64,000 nucleotides of DNA. It comes from an uncultured Acidimicrobiales bacterium (lineage in GTDB: Bacteria > Actinomycetota > Acidimicrobiia > Acidimicrobiales > SHLQ01). The stretch covers positions 6,355 to 70,354 of the forward strand of contig CAKZVC010000073.1 in NCBI GenBank assembly GCA_937922235.1. The letters are read 5' to 3'. Position numbers and translations under genes: made by a program. Under the pieces are notes generated by a model. That model was not told the origin of the DNA and made no database searches. It saw only the letters and a program-made list of their open reading frames with translations. The number at the start of each line of letters is the position of its first letter. The first letter of the stretch is position 1. Positions 9,345 through 21,467 of the stretch are shown piece after piece.

Positions 9345-11132
9345 CTATTTCGATCGGGTATTCCCGATCCAATCCGAATACAACGACGCATAAAGCCCGT
9401 CTTTTCTCATCAAATTGCTATGCGAGCCGTGCTCGATGATCCGGCCCGCATCCATGACGACAACCACGTCGGCCCGCTCCGCCGTCGACAATCGGTGGGC
9501 GATCGAGATGGTTGTACGACCGACACTCAGCCGCTCGAGAGCTTCGGCCATTCGCACCTCGGTCTCGGGGTCGACCGCGCTCGTGGCCTCGTCGAGGATC
9601 AATAGCCCGGCATCGGCGAGCTCGGCTCGAATAAGGGCGACAAGCTGACGCTCCCCAACCGAGATGCCCTCGCCGCGCTCACCGCCGGAGGTCTCGAGCC
9701 CATCGGGCAGACTGTCGAGCCAGTCGCCCAGCCCAAGCGAATCGACCGCAGCGTCGATGTCGGCGTCAGATGCGTTCGGTCGACCGAAACGGATGTTCTC
9801 GCGCAGCGTCGTGTCGAAGAGGAAGCCATCTTGGGGGACCATTCGGACGACCTGGTTGCGGCTCGATTGGTTGACCTCGCGAAGGTCGAGCCCGGAGACC
9901 GCAACCGTGCCTTCGGTCGGGTCAGCAAGGCGAGCCAGCAGCTTCGCCATCGTGGTCTTGCCGCTCCCGGTCTCGCCGACGATCGCCACCGACGTTCCCG
10001 GCTCGATTGTCAGCGACACATCGTGCAGAACCTGAGCTCCGGTGCGGTAACTGAAGTCGACGTTGCGAAGCTCAACGCCCGGAGGACCCGACGGCAGGTC
10101 GACACCGTCTTCGGTTTCAACAACATCGATCTCGACATCGAGCATCTGCAGGATCTTCCACCAGCCCGCCAGGGCTGTCTGAGTCTGATCGAGGACCTCG
10201 CCGAGCTGGCTGATCGGCTGGATCAACAACGTCACCAGGAACAGGAACGCTGTGGCCTGGCCGACCGTGAGGACATCGGGGCCGAGGAGCACGCCGACCA
10301 CCACGACAGCGCCGGTAGCCACCCCGCCGAACAAGTCCATCGTCGGACCGAGGATAGAGAAGAACTTGTGCGCGTTGACTTGGGAATCGACGAGAGACCA
10401 GTTGCCCTCCTCGAGCTGCTCGAAGACGGAATCCTGATAGCCGTACGCACGGATGGTTGCAGCACCTGCAACAGCTTCGGAGGTGAGGCCGATCGTGTCG
10501 GCCGTGCGCGACCGAACCGCGTTGTAGGCGGTCAGCTGTCGGCGTTGGATCGAGCGCAAGATCGGAAGCAGTGGTACGTAGATCGCAATCGTCAGCAGTG
10601 CGAGCTGCCAGCTGTAGACCGACATAACGATGAGCGTTCCAACGATGAGCGACGAGTTCACGATCCACGCGAGCGCTCCCCATTGTGCAAACTGCGCGAG
10701 CGTCTCCACGTCGCTTGTCACCCGGGCAGTGAGGACGCCCTTTTTGTTGGTCGTGTGTTCGGCAAGGCTGAGCTTTTGGATATGCGCAAACGTGCGGAGC
10801 CGGGTTGCGAGCAGCGTGTTCTCGGCAGTCTCGATAACCCGCCGATAGGTCAGCGTTGTGAGTACGTAAATGACGACCACGATGAGTCCGGCCGCGATCG
10901 ACGCGCGAACGATAAACCCAACATCGACTTCACCATCCGAGATGCCGCCGTCGATGGCCTGCTGGATGAGCACCGGAAGCACGAGGCGAGCAACCGCTGA
11001 CAGCAGCGCAAAGACCACCGTGACCCCAAGACCTCGGCGAAGCTCTGGGCTCTGACGAAGCCCGCGCCGCAGAATCTCCATCGCCGCAGGCTGATCTGCA
11101 TCCAACTGCTCCAACGACCCCAACCTGCTCAC
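9345..11132 (-). CDS. ABC exporter, fused permease/ATPase subunit (MsbA/MdlB-like)
   Basis: 595-aa ORF. N-terminal 6-TM domain, Walker A GETGSGKTT, signature ISVGERQLVALIRA, Walker B LLILDEATSAVD. GTGA overlap with the upstream partner. Confidence 0.9.
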   Translation of the reverse strand: MSRLGSLEQLDADQPAAMEILRRGLRQSPELRRGLGVTVVFALLSAVARLVLPVLIQQAIDGGISDGEVDVGFIVRASIAAGLIVVVIYVLTTLTYRRVIETAENTLLATRLRTFAHIQKLSLAEHTTNKKGVLTARVTSDVETLAQFAQWGALAWIVNSSLIVGTLIVMSVYSWQLALLTIAIYVPLLPILRSIQRRQLTAYNAVRSRTADTIGLTSEAVAGAATIRAYGYQDSVFEQLEEGNWSLVDSQVNAHKFFSILGPTMDLFGGVATGAVVVVGVLLGPDVLTVGQATAFLFLVTLLIQPISQLGEVLDQTQTALAGWWKILQMLDVEIDVVETEDGVDLPSGPPGVELRNVDFSYRTGAQVLHDVSLTIEPGTSVAIVGETGSGKTTMAKLLARLADPTEGTVAVSGLDLREVNQSSRNQVVRMVPQDGFLFDTTLRENIRFGRPNASDADIDAAVDSLGLGDWLDSLPDGLETSGGERGEGISVGERQLVALIRAELADAGLLILDEATSAVDPETEVRMAEALERLSVGRTTISIAHRLSTAERADVVVVMDAGRIIEHGSHSNLMRKDGLYASLYSDWIGNTRSK

Positions 11133-12778
11133 TGAGCGACCTCGTAGGCCTGGACGAGAGTTTTGTAGCCGTCTTGTGCAAGGAGTTCGTCATGGGTTCC
11201 GGTGGCGACGATCTTGCCGTCTTCGAGGAACGCCACGCGGTCGGCCAGGGTGATCGTCGACAGCCGGTGCGCCACCATCAGCACCGTGGTGTCGTGTCCG
11301 CCGAGCCCGCGGAGAATCTCGGCTTCGATCGTCGGGTCGACTGCACTGGTTGCGTCGTCAAGTAAGAGCAGCGACGGCGTACGGAACAATGCACGAGCGA
11401 GTGCAACCCGCTGGCGCTGGCCACCCGACAACGTCACGCCTCGCTCCCCCACAACCGTGAGGTAGCCCTCGTCGGTCTCGAGGATAAACTCGTGGGCTCG
11501 GCTTGCACGGGCCGCAGCCTCGACAGCTGCGTCGGTGGCATCCTCGCCCATCGTGATGTTCTCGCGAATTGGCTGCGCGAACAGGAAGCTCTCTTGGAAC
11601 ACCATGCCAAGACGCGATGCCCGAACCTGAGGTTGCAGGTTGTCGTAGCCCACTCCGCCAAGCGATACGAGCCCATCGTCTGCATCGACCAGCCCCGCAG
11701 CAATCTCGAGGAGCGTGGTCTTTCCCGAACCCGTAGCGCCCACTAGGGCCACCGTCTCGCCCGAGGCGACGGTGAGGTTCACGCCGTCGAGCACGACGTT
11801 CTCGTCGTGAGCGAACCGAACGTCGTCGAAGCGGAGATCGAGGGGACCATCAGGCAGCTCGGTGACCGTCCCGGAATGATCGGCCGGCTTGTCGAGGTCG
11901 ATGACCTTGTCGATCCGCTCCAACGCAACAACCGACGATGGCATCGACTGCAAGAAGAACCCAACGACACGGATCGGAAGACCCAACACGCTGAACAGCG
12001 ACATTGCACCGACCACATCACCAACGCTGACGTCACCCGACTGAATCAGGTTTGCGCCGATGAGCAACAGCACGATGATGCCGAGGTTGGGCAATACCTC
12101 GAGCAGCGGCTCGAAGACGGCGCGGAGGCGTCCTACCACCAGGCGCTTCTGTTTGAGATCCTCGGAGACCACCCGCATGCGTTCGACTTCGTCATCGGTA
12201 CGACCGAGGGTCTTGACCACCATGACGCCATCGAAGCTCTCGTGCGCGACGCCGGTAACTGCCGCAATTGCCTGCTGGACCTCGGCGGCGGGTCCGGCGA
12301 CCCGCGTCGAGTACCCCTGGTTCAATACGAACAAGATCGGCAAGACGACAACCGCTACGAGGCCGAACGCCCAGTGCACGAGCGACAAGCTGATGATCGC
12401 CAGAATCGCCAACACCACCGTTGCTACCGCAAAGGCCCACGGCCGCAACACCATGCCCGCCACAACCAGGTCGTTGTCGGCGTGGGCGATGAGCTCGCCG
12501 GTTGGCCGGGTTCGGTGGAACGACAACGGCTGGGCCAAGTACTGGCTGTAGATCTGAGAGCGCCACGTTCCCTTGGTCTTCGACTCGGCCATCGACAGGT
12601 AGTAGCGACGGATGATCGCGCCGCCGCCCCGAATCGACGCGATGCCAAGGATGATGAGGAACCCCCTAACAAGGGCATTGTTCGTCACCCCATCGCCTTC
12701 GAGACCAGGAGTGAGCAGTTCGTCGGTCACCCAACCAAGCGCGCGACTGAGCGCCACCATGGCGACCGCAAACATCAC
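11129..12778 (-). CDS. ABC exporter, fused permease/ATPase subunit (heterodimer partner)
   Basis: 549-aa ORF. Walker A GATGSGKTT, signature LSGGQRQRVALARAL, Walker B LLLLDDATSAVD. The reading frame stays open and ABC-like upstream of 12778, so the true start may lie further upstream (see findings). Confidence 0.85.
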   Translation of the reverse strand: MMFAVAMVALSRALGWVTDELLTPGLEGDGVTNNALVRGFLIILGIASIRGGGAIIRRYYLSMAESKTKGTWRSQIYSQYLAQPLSFHRTRPTGELIAHADNDLVVAGMVLRPWAFAVATVVLAILAIISLSLVHWAFGLVAVVVLPILFVLNQGYSTRVAGPAAEVQQAIAAVTGVAHESFDGVMVVKTLGRTDDEVERMRVVSEDLKQKRLVVGRLRAVFEPLLEVLPNLGIIVLLLIGANLIQSGDVSVGDVVGAMSLFSVLGLPIRVVGFFLQSMPSSVVALERIDKVIDLDKPADHSGTVTELPDGPLDLRFDDVRFAHDENVVLDGVNLTVASGETVALVGATGSGKTTLLEIAAGLVDADDGLVSLGGVGYDNLQPQVRASRLGMVFQESFLFAQPIRENITMGEDATDAAVEAAARASRAHEFILETDEGYLTVVGERGVTLSGGQRQRVALARALFRTPSLLLLDDATSAVDPTIEAEILRGLGGHDTTVLMVAHRLSTITLADRVAFLEDGKIVATGTHDELLAQDGYKTLVQAYEVAQ

Positions 12779-12885
12779 GGCGCCGAGGATGGCTATTGCA
12801 TGAGGAACTGGGTGCGCACGGAAGCTTCGGCCGATCAGCCGTAGTCCCCGCCGAAGAATCGACGCCTGAGAGGCGGTCGACTTAC

Positions 12886-13743
12886 TCAGGAGTGAGCTCG
12901 TTCTGCGGCATCAACCGTGTTCTTGAGCAGCATCGCAACGGTCAGCGGACCAACGCCACCAAGACGAGGCGTGATCCACGAGGCGACCTCGCCAACGTCT
13001 TCGTTCACATCGGGCAGGAGCTTCTTGCCTTCCCAGCTGATGCCGCCGCTGACGACGACCGCGCCAGGCTTGACCATGTCCTTGGTAATGGTGCCGGGGC
13101 GACCCACTGCGGCGATCACGATGTCGGCTTCTTTGGTGTACGCCGAGATGTCATTGACTCCGGTGTGCACAACCGTCGTTGCGGCGTTTGCGCCCTGGTT
13201 CTTCGTGGTCATGAGCAGCGCCATCGGACGGCCGAGCGTCGTGCCGCGTCCGACAACCACAACGTTCTTGCCCTTGACCTCAACGTCGTAGAACTTGAGC
13301 ATCTCGACAATGCCGGCTGGCGTGCACGGAAGCGGTCCGTCCTCCATGAGGACGAGCTTGCCGAGGTTCTCGGGGTGGAGACCGTCGGCGTCTTTGGATG
13401 GGTCGATGAGTGCAAGCGCTTCGGCAGCGTCGAACCCGTCCGGGAGCGGAAGCTGGAGAATGTAGCCGTGGACGGTGGGGTCGGCATTGAACTCGTTCAA
13501 CGCGTCGACCAGCGCCTGCTGGCCAGCCTCGGCCGGAATGGCCTTGTGATGCGAGGTGATACCGACAGCTTCGCAGGTCTCGTGCTTCTTCTTCACGTAC
13601 GACGCAGACGGGCCATCATCACCAACGAGAATCGTGCCCAACCCGACGGTGACGCCCTTCTCGGCAAGCGCCGCGGCGCGGGTTTGTACATCGGCGAGAA
13701 CGGCTTCGGCGACAGGGCCACCGGCAAGAAACTGTGCAGTCAT
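12886..13743 (-). CDS. folD: Bifunctional methylenetetrahydrofolate dehydrogenase/cyclohydrolase
   Basis: The ATG at 13743 gives MTAQFLAGGPVAEAVLADV.... Contains PSASYVKKKHETCEAVGI, LQLPLP and VVVVGRGTTLGRPMALLM motifs. Confidence 0.93.
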   Translation of the reverse strand: MTAQFLAGGPVAEAVLADVQTRAAALAEKGVTVGLGTILVGDDGPSASYVKKKHETCEAVGITSHHKAIPAEAGQQALVDALNEFNADPTVHGYILQLPLPDGFDAAEALALIDPSKDADGLHPENLGKLVLMEDGPLPCTPAGIVEMLKFYDVEVKGKNVVVVGRGTTLGRPMALLMTTKNQGANAATTVVHTGVNDISAYTKEADIVIAAVGRPGTITKDMVKPGAVVVSGGISWEGKKLLPDVNEDVGEVASWITPRLGGVGPLTVAMLLKNTVDAAERAHS

Positions 13744-13878
13744 GGGGGCGAATCTAGCGCCGGTCGCGAGCAGATCAATCGATCTGTCCACCACGGGTTC
13801 TGTCCCTGGGCACCGCGTTCGTGATCACGGCCGCACTGCCGTTTATCGCCCACCTCTGGCCACGAACTAACGTCGCTG

Positions 13879-14742
13879 GTGATGTTTCCCCTGAAAGACG
13901 AGAACCCAACGCTTCGGCTGCCGGTCGTCACCATTGCGTTGATGGTGATCAACGTGCTCGTCTACTTCTTGATTCAGCCCATCGACATCGATGCGGGAAC
14001 CGACTTCACCTTTGGCACCGCGGCGATCCCCGATGAGCTCACCAGCGGCGAGCCGCTCACCGAGCGAGAGTTCTGTGCAGTCCTCAACCCGAACTCAGAG
14101 GCCTTCACATCTATTGCGACCACAGAGACCGTCTGCAACGCTCCGACCGACGCACCCCGCTTCCCCGGAAAGAACGTCTACCTCGCCGTGCTCTACTCGA
14201 TGTTCCTGCACGGAGGCCTGATGCACCTCGGCGGCAACATGCTCTACCTGTGGGTGTTTGGAAACAACATCGAAGACCACCTTGGCCGCGCGAAGTACCT
14301 GATCTTCTACCTGATCGCTGGAGCGGTAGCGACGGCAGCCCACGTGATCCCCGATCCGGGCTCGGACATTCCCATGATCGGAGCGTCGGGAGCCGTTGCC
14401 GGCGTCATGGGCGCCTACGTGGTGTGGTTTCCATGGGCCAAGGTCAAGACGATTGCGTTCATTGCGTTGGTCGACCTGAAGGCTTGGATCGTGCTGGCCT
14501 TCTGGTTTGGCAGCCAGTTCTTCATTTCGCCGTCGTCGGGGGTTGCGTGGCTTGCCCATGTGGGCGGTTTTGTTTTCGGCGCTCTGATTGCGGCGCTAGC
14601 AAGAATGAGCGAAGGTTTCCGAACGCAGCTGTGGGAGCACAAGTACATGACCGAAAATCCTCAGGGTCAATGGGATGCTCGGTACGGCGGACGTGAGATC
14701 ATTCAGGACGGACAGACTCCAAGTTGGCACCCCGGACCATGA
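13879..14742 (+). CDS. Rhomboid-family intramembrane serine protease
   Basis: 287-aa multi-TM ORF with HGGLMHLGGNMLYLWVFG and catalytic GASGAVAGVMGAY motifs. Confidence 0.85.
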   Translation: MMFPLKDENPTLRLPVVTIALMVINVLVYFLIQPIDIDAGTDFTFGTAAIPDELTSGEPLTEREFCAVLNPNSEAFTSIATTETVCNAPTDAPRFPGKNVYLAVLYSMFLHGGLMHLGGNMLYLWVFGNNIEDHLGRAKYLIFYLIAGAVATAAHVIPDPGSDIPMIGASGAVAGVMGAYVVWFPWAKVKTIAFIALVDLKAWIVLAFWFGSQFFISPSSGVAWLAHVGGFVFGALIAALARMSEGFRTQLWEHKYMTENPQGQWDARYGGREIIQDGQTPSWHPGP

Positions 14743-15455
14743 AGCAGCAGCACACCCTCGTGAAGGCACTCCCGATCGCCGTGATCGTTTCGTTCGTCGC
14801 GACCCGGCGAGTCCGTGGCCGCTTCGAGGATGAGACGTTCGTCTGCGACACCGGCGCAGAGTGCGAGCTCGGCTCGAGCCTCGAATGGCTGCTCACCGGC
14901 ATCACGAGCATCGGGCCGTTCATTGCCGTTCTCGGCTTCATGTGGAGCCGGCGACTCCATCATCAGGATCGGCTTGGTCCTTTCAGCTACCGAGCGATTC
15001 CCGATGTCGAACAGATCCTCGAGGTGCTTGGTGTTCTCGCCGCAGCGGGCGCCACCTACTGGCTGATGCTGAACGGTCCGAGCATCGGCTTGGTGAGCAC
15101 CACCGGCGATCAGGCGATCGAATGGCTTCCTACCCGCGCCGCTGAATGGCTCAGAGAGTTCCGAGCTCCCGACGTGATGGACGCCGAGGCTCGCGAGAAG
15201 CTCACGCGAGTTCCGAGTCGGCGCACCTGGTTCTTCAGCGGCCTGCTCCTGGGCGCACCGTTCATGTTCAGCTTGGGTTCGATGCTTGGCCGTGAGTGGT
15301 ACGGCCGGAAGCGTCGCAAGGCCCAACGGGAGGCCGGTGACGCTGGTGACAACGCCGGCGACACGCTCGACCTGACGAACCCCGACGAGTCAAGCGCACG
15401 CACGTCACTGTCGGGCCGCAGCACGATCGATCTGACCAAGCTCAACCACACCTAG
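14739..15455 (+). CDS. Hypothetical membrane protein
   Basis: ATGA overlap with the rhomboid stop. Several hydrophobic helices and a charged C-terminal tail. No motif recognised. Confidence 0.5.
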   Translation: MKQQHTLVKALPIAVIVSFVATRRVRGRFEDETFVCDTGAECELGSSLEWLLTGITSIGPFIAVLGFMWSRRLHHQDRLGPFSYRAIPDVEQILEVLGVLAAAGATYWLMLNGPSIGLVSTTGDQAIEWLPTRAAEWLREFRAPDVMDAEAREKLTRVPSRRTWFFSGLLLGAPFMFSLGSMLGREWYGRKRRKAQREAGDAGDNAGDTLDLTNPDESSARTSLSGRSTIDLTKLNHT

Positions 15456-15470
15456 TCATGTTTTTGTGAA

Positions 15471-15502
15471 GGAAAAAGTACCTCACAGGTACCTTTTTCT
15501 CC
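15471..15502. terminator. Bidirectional intrinsic terminator between convergent genes
   Basis: Hairpin GGAAAAAGTACCT-CAC-AGGTACCTTTTTCTCC with an A-tract on one side and a T-tract on the other. It sits between the stop at 15455 (+) and the stop at 15511 (-). Confidence 0.55.
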
Positions 15503-15510
15503 ACAAATCT

Positions 15511-17817
<2,307 letters not shown>

Positions 17818-17955
17818 TCAATTGTCACCCTGAGGATATCGACCCCCGCAGTCAGTGGTCTGGATAGTTCGCGTAAACCCAAGAAACCTCCACCCAATAC
17901 TGGTAGTTCGCCGCCGTGGGCCTTTCGGCCTACACCCATCGGCCGACGGGGCAGC

Positions 17956-18567
17956 ATGGCAAATCGGCGACAACTTCTCGTGGGTGGTGCTGCGTTTGGC
18001 ACGACCGCGTGGGTCGCGCCGTCGGTGTTGTCGCTCGACCGGGTGGCTGCGGCAGTCGGTTCGGGGACACCTGAAGTCCCGCTCGTATCGAACGGAGCTG
18101 TCTTGATTAGTCCTCCGGCGACGAACCAGGAGGGAACGCTTCCTCTCGACAGCAACACGAACACGTTCGTCTGGCCCGAGATCGGCTGTGAGGTTCTCGA
18201 CAACGATCTCGTCGTAAACCGGTCGACTGCGGGTTCGTTCAATGGCGGCTCGAACCAGGGAACGATCATTCCAGCAGGCACAAAGATCGCGAGCTACTAC
18301 GCCCACGGCGACCGGCTCGACGACGGCGGAACCCTGACGGGACAGATGACGTTTCAGAACCAACAGATCCTCGGCCTCATCTATCGAACTGCTCAGCTCA
18401 ACGCCTCGTCGTATCTCGAGGCACCAGCAACGAACTACTTCAATGGCCCGATGGAAGGCAATGACACGATGGTGCTCAGCCTGGCGGCTGGAATGAACTC
18501 GGTGTCGTGGAATATGCGATTCGGCCCAGCGCTCGACGGAATCCGCGTCATCACTACCTGCGACTAG
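17956..18567 (+). CDS. Secreted hypothetical protein with Tat-like signal
   Basis: The internal ATG at 17956 gives MANRRQLLVGGAAFGTTAWVAPSVLSLDRVAAA (RRxLL twin-arginine-like motif). The rest shows no recognised motif. Confidence 0.55.
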   Translation: MANRRQLLVGGAAFGTTAWVAPSVLSLDRVAAAVGSGTPEVPLVSNGAVLISPPATNQEGTLPLDSNTNTFVWPEIGCEVLDNDLVVNRSTAGSFNGGSNQGTIIPAGTKIASYYAHGDRLDDGGTLTGQMTFQNQQILGLIYRTAQLNASSYLEAPATNYFNGPMEGNDTMVLSLAAGMNSVSWNMRFGPALDGIRVITTCD

Positions 18568-18970
18568 CGAGCACCTCTCGCAGCTGATCGAGGTTCTCGA
18601 CGATCACGTCGAGCGACTGTTCCATCATCAGGTTGACCTTCTCGTCGTTGGGAAAGCGCTGTCGCCAGTCCGAGAAGTAGCCGATCGAGTATTTGCCCCG
18701 GGCGTAGGCGTAGCCGAGCTCCCAGGCAGTTCCATCGTCGGTCGTGACGCCGTTGAGATTCGCGACGACCAATGTGCACTCGTCGATGCCGCGTTTGTCG
18801 TTGAGGAAGATCTCACCAGCGTTGTCGGCAGTCTTCGGTGGGTTGTCTCGATGCGGAAGGAACGTACGGAAGCCGGCGTTGCGGACCAGCTCTTCCATCG
18901 TCTCGATCCACCATCGCTCGCCCTCATCGAAGAGTGGGCCGGCCATGTACACAAGCGGCTGTTCAGACAT
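18554..18970 (-). CDS. Nucleoside 2-deoxyribosyltransferase-like protein
   Basis: 138 aa. VYMAGPLFDEGERWW ... DDGTAWELGYAYARGK pattern, as in the PF05014-type family (recognised from memory). Confidence 0.65.
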   Translation of the reverse strand: MSEQPLVYMAGPLFDEGERWWIETMEELVRNAGFRTFLPHRDNPPKTADNAGEIFLNDKRGIDECTLVVANLNGVTTDDGTAWELGYAYARGKYSIGYFSDWRQRFPNDEKVNLMMEQSLDVIVENLDQLREVLASRR

Positions 18971-18973
18971 CGA

Positions 18974-19441
18974 TCAGCTTTCCGCGCCATCGATGAGGGT
19001 GCTCTTTGCTGTCTCGAGATGTTCATCGATCGAGCTGCCATCGTGGGAGTGAACACGGTCGAACCAGTCGCCACTATCGATCAGCACAGCTTCGGAGAGC
19101 AACGCAACGGGAGCCCAGTAGGCCCAGGCCTCGTCGGTGGTTCCGTCATCGAGCGTGACCGTCTCAAGGCGACGTTCATAGAAGTCGGGATGTCCTTCGA
19201 CGAGGTCGGCGGCAGCTAGGGCGTCGTCGCTGATCTCGAACACTTCTCCGCGAACCGAGCCTGTGCTCGTTCCGTCCCGTCCGATCCCTGGGTAGGGGCC
19301 GAAGTCGTAGAGTTGCGCGTTGGGCAGCGTGGCCATCTCGGCCGAGATGATGTCGTGGACGATTCGATGGTGATAGTGCGTGTCGCCTGGAGGTCCACCA
19401 ACCGGCCGACGTAGCGTTCCATACACAAACAGATGGGGCAT
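18974..19441 (-). CDS. Gamma-glutamylcyclotransferase (AIG2/GGACT-like) family protein
   Basis: 155 aa. N-terminal LFVYGTLRR motif, and later YPGIG...VRGEVFEI...LDxxEG-like segment. Confidence 0.65.
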   Translation of the reverse strand: MPHLFVYGTLRRPVGGPPGDTHYHHRIVHDIISAEMATLPNAQLYDFGPYPGIGRDGTSTGSVRGEVFEISDDALAAADLVEGHPDFYERRLETVTLDDGTTDEAWAYWAPVALLSEAVLIDSGDWFDRVHSHDGSSIDEHLETAKSTLIDGAES

Positions 19442-19534
19442 GGGCTGACGCTACTGGAGTGTGTCGAGCTGCCAACAACACGACCGAACGCAACGGTCGT
19501 CGGTCGACGATGACGGCGACACTACATTGTCGCC

Positions 19535-20227
19535 ATGTCGAACAAGACCGTTGCCCTCGTTCCAATGCGACACTCCAGCGAGCGGGTGCCTGGCAAGAAC
19601 TATCGAATGTTTGGCGACGCGCCACTCTTTCATCACATTGTCCGAACGCTGCTCGACTGCCCGTCGATCGACGAGATCATCATCGATACCGACAGCCCGA
19701 CGATTCAGGAGCAGTGCGCCGAGACCTTTCCCTCCGTACGGGTGATCGAACGGCCTGCGGATCTTCGGGCAGGCGAGATCCCGATGAATCGAATCATCGA
19801 GCACGACCTCGGATTCACCGACGCCGACACGATTCTGCAAACCCACTCGACGAACCCACTTCTCGGCGCCGATGCGATCGAGGAAGCGATTCGCGTCTTT
19901 CGCGAGGAAGACTGCGATTCGGTCTTCACGGTCACCCGACTCCAGCAGCGGCTGTGGGACAGCGATGTCAGGCCGGTCAACCACAACCCTGCGGAGCTTC
20001 TGCGGACCCAGGACCTCCCGCCCCTCTTCATCGAGAACTCATGCGCCTTCGTGTTCAGCCGTGAGCTCATTATGACGACGGGCTCACGCATTGGGCCGAA
20101 CGCCAAGATGGTCGAGACCGACCCAACCGGATCGCTCGACATCGACGAAGAACCCGACTTCGTGCTGGCAGAGGCGATGTGGAAGGTGCGGGTTGCCTCC
20201 CGCCGAACGGAGGACGCGAGCTCATGA
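19535..20227 (+). CDS. Acylneuraminate/CMP-sugar cytidylyltransferase family protein
   Basis: 230 aa. VALVPMRHSSERVPGKNYRMFGDAPLFHHIVRTL and IIIDTDS motifs typical of NeuA/KdsB-like cytidylyltransferases. Confidence 0.8.
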   Translation: MSNKTVALVPMRHSSERVPGKNYRMFGDAPLFHHIVRTLLDCPSIDEIIIDTDSPTIQEQCAETFPSVRVIERPADLRAGEIPMNRIIEHDLGFTDADTILQTHSTNPLLGADAIEEAIRVFREEDCDSVFTVTRLQQRLWDSDVRPVNHNPAELLRTQDLPPLFIENSCAFVFSRELIMTTGSRIGPNAKMVETDPTGSLDIDEEPDFVLAEAMWKVRVASRRTEDASS

Positions 20228-21153
20228 CCAACGTTGCAGTTACCTGCACCCACCTCATCCGTGACATCGACGGCTATCGCCAAGTGTTCGCCGATGCTGG
20301 TCTGAACCTTGTACTTCCAGACGTGCCAGGCCAGGAGCTGGCCGGCGATGAGCTCGTTGTGGCGATGGATGGCATCACGGGCGTCGTTGCTGGTGACGAC
20401 CAGTTCACCGACGAGGTCATGGCGCAGCTTCCCGATCTCAGAGTTATTTCCAAATGGGGTATCGGTCTTGACGGCATCGACCTCCCCCGCGCCGCCGAAC
20501 GCGGCATTACCGTCACGAACACTCCAGGAATGTTCGGCAACGAGGTTGCCGAGCAGGGCCTCGGCTATTTGTTTGCACTCGTCCGAGGCATCGTCGACGT
20601 TGACCGTGAAGTCCGCGCTGGCGGCTGGCCGAAGCCGGTAGGACGCTCTATTGGTTCGCTGTCTGCAATGGTGCTTGGGCTTGGCGACATTGGTCGAACG
20701 CTCGCACTGAAGCTTCAGGCTCTCGGAGTTACCGTGAGCGGTTCGGACCCATCACCTGAGGCAACGGACTTTGCTCGGGCCAACGGCATCCAAATCGGCG
20801 ATGCAGCCGCGCTCGCTCGCGGCGTCGACGTTGTCATGATTACTGCGCCGCTTACTGCCACAACGCGAGGCATGGTCGACTCGGACTTCATCGGTGGCAT
20901 GCGGGCGGGTTCGTGGCTGATCAATGTGGGGCGTGGCCCGATCGTTGTCGGTAATGCCGTTGCCGATGCGATCGAGTCGGGCCACCTTGCGGGCGCCGCC
21001 CTCGACGTCTTTGAGATCGAGCCGCTGATCGACGAACGGATTCGACGCTTGCCAAACATGATTCTCGGCTCACACAACGCGTCGAACACCTTTGAGGCAT
21101 GCCATCGCACCCACGTGCGAGCGATCGAGAATCTCATTTCGCACCTGCCCTAA
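20224..21153 (+). CDS. D-isomer-specific 2-hydroxyacid dehydrogenase (PGDH/glyoxylate reductase-like)
   Basis: ATGA overlap with the upstream gene. NAD motif VLGLGDIGRTLALKLQALGVTV, then INVGRGPIV and the C-terminal ILGSHNAS catalytic His region. Confidence 0.85.
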   Translation: MTNVAVTCTHLIRDIDGYRQVFADAGLNLVLPDVPGQELAGDELVVAMDGITGVVAGDDQFTDEVMAQLPDLRVISKWGIGLDGIDLPRAAERGITVTNTPGMFGNEVAEQGLGYLFALVRGIVDVDREVRAGGWPKPVGRSIGSLSAMVLGLGDIGRTLALKLQALGVTVSGSDPSPEATDFARANGIQIGDAAALARGVDVVMITAPLTATTRGMVDSDFIGGMRAGSWLINVGRGPIVVGNAVADAIESGHLAGAALDVFEIEPLIDERIRRLPNMILGSHNASNTFEACHRTHVRAIENLISHLP

Positions 21154-21212
21154 TCTGTCGATTCAACTCACAGGAATCATTGGACTAGTCGTCGTGCTCG
21201 TAGTCGCCTACA

Positions 21213-21467
21213 TCAGTCCGGATACAGCAGGTTTGGTGCGTACTCGAGGTAGTACGCCCAGATGACTTCCTGGGTCGTATCAACTTGCATACGCTTTCGT
21301 CCAAGCTTCATGTAGCTCGCAACCGTGCTGACCGCTACCCCGATCTCTTTCGCCGTCTCGGCGTCGGTGAACCCTTGTGCCTTTCGAGCCACCGCGCTGA
21401 ATTCCGAGTCAGTGAGCGGGAGGAACTTTCCTCGCTTGACCGGAAGCGTTGGTTGGTTTTCGAGCAT
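21213..21467 (-). CDS. Small LuxR/GerE-type HTH protein
   Basis: 84 aa. LTDSEFSAVARKAQGFTDAETAKEIGVAVSTVASYMKLGRKRM resembles a stand-alone GerE HTH. Confidence 0.6.
   Translation of the reverse strand: MLENQPTLPVKRGKFLPLTDSEFSAVARKAQGFTDAETAKEIGVAVSTVASYMKLGRKRMQVDTTQEVIWAYYLEYAPNLLYPD

Noticed and set aside
9831-11000. 389-aa plus-strand ORF. Similar long ORFs occur at 11807..12844, 12796..13824, 33874..34722, 40282..41235, 53818..55095 and 57466..58335.
   Set aside because: All lie antisense to genes with unmistakable motifs (ABC exporters, folD, purH, dual GT2, sucD/sucC, pcrA). Their translations are Arg/His/Asp/Gly-rich low-complexity sequence typical of shadow ORFs in GC-rich DNA.
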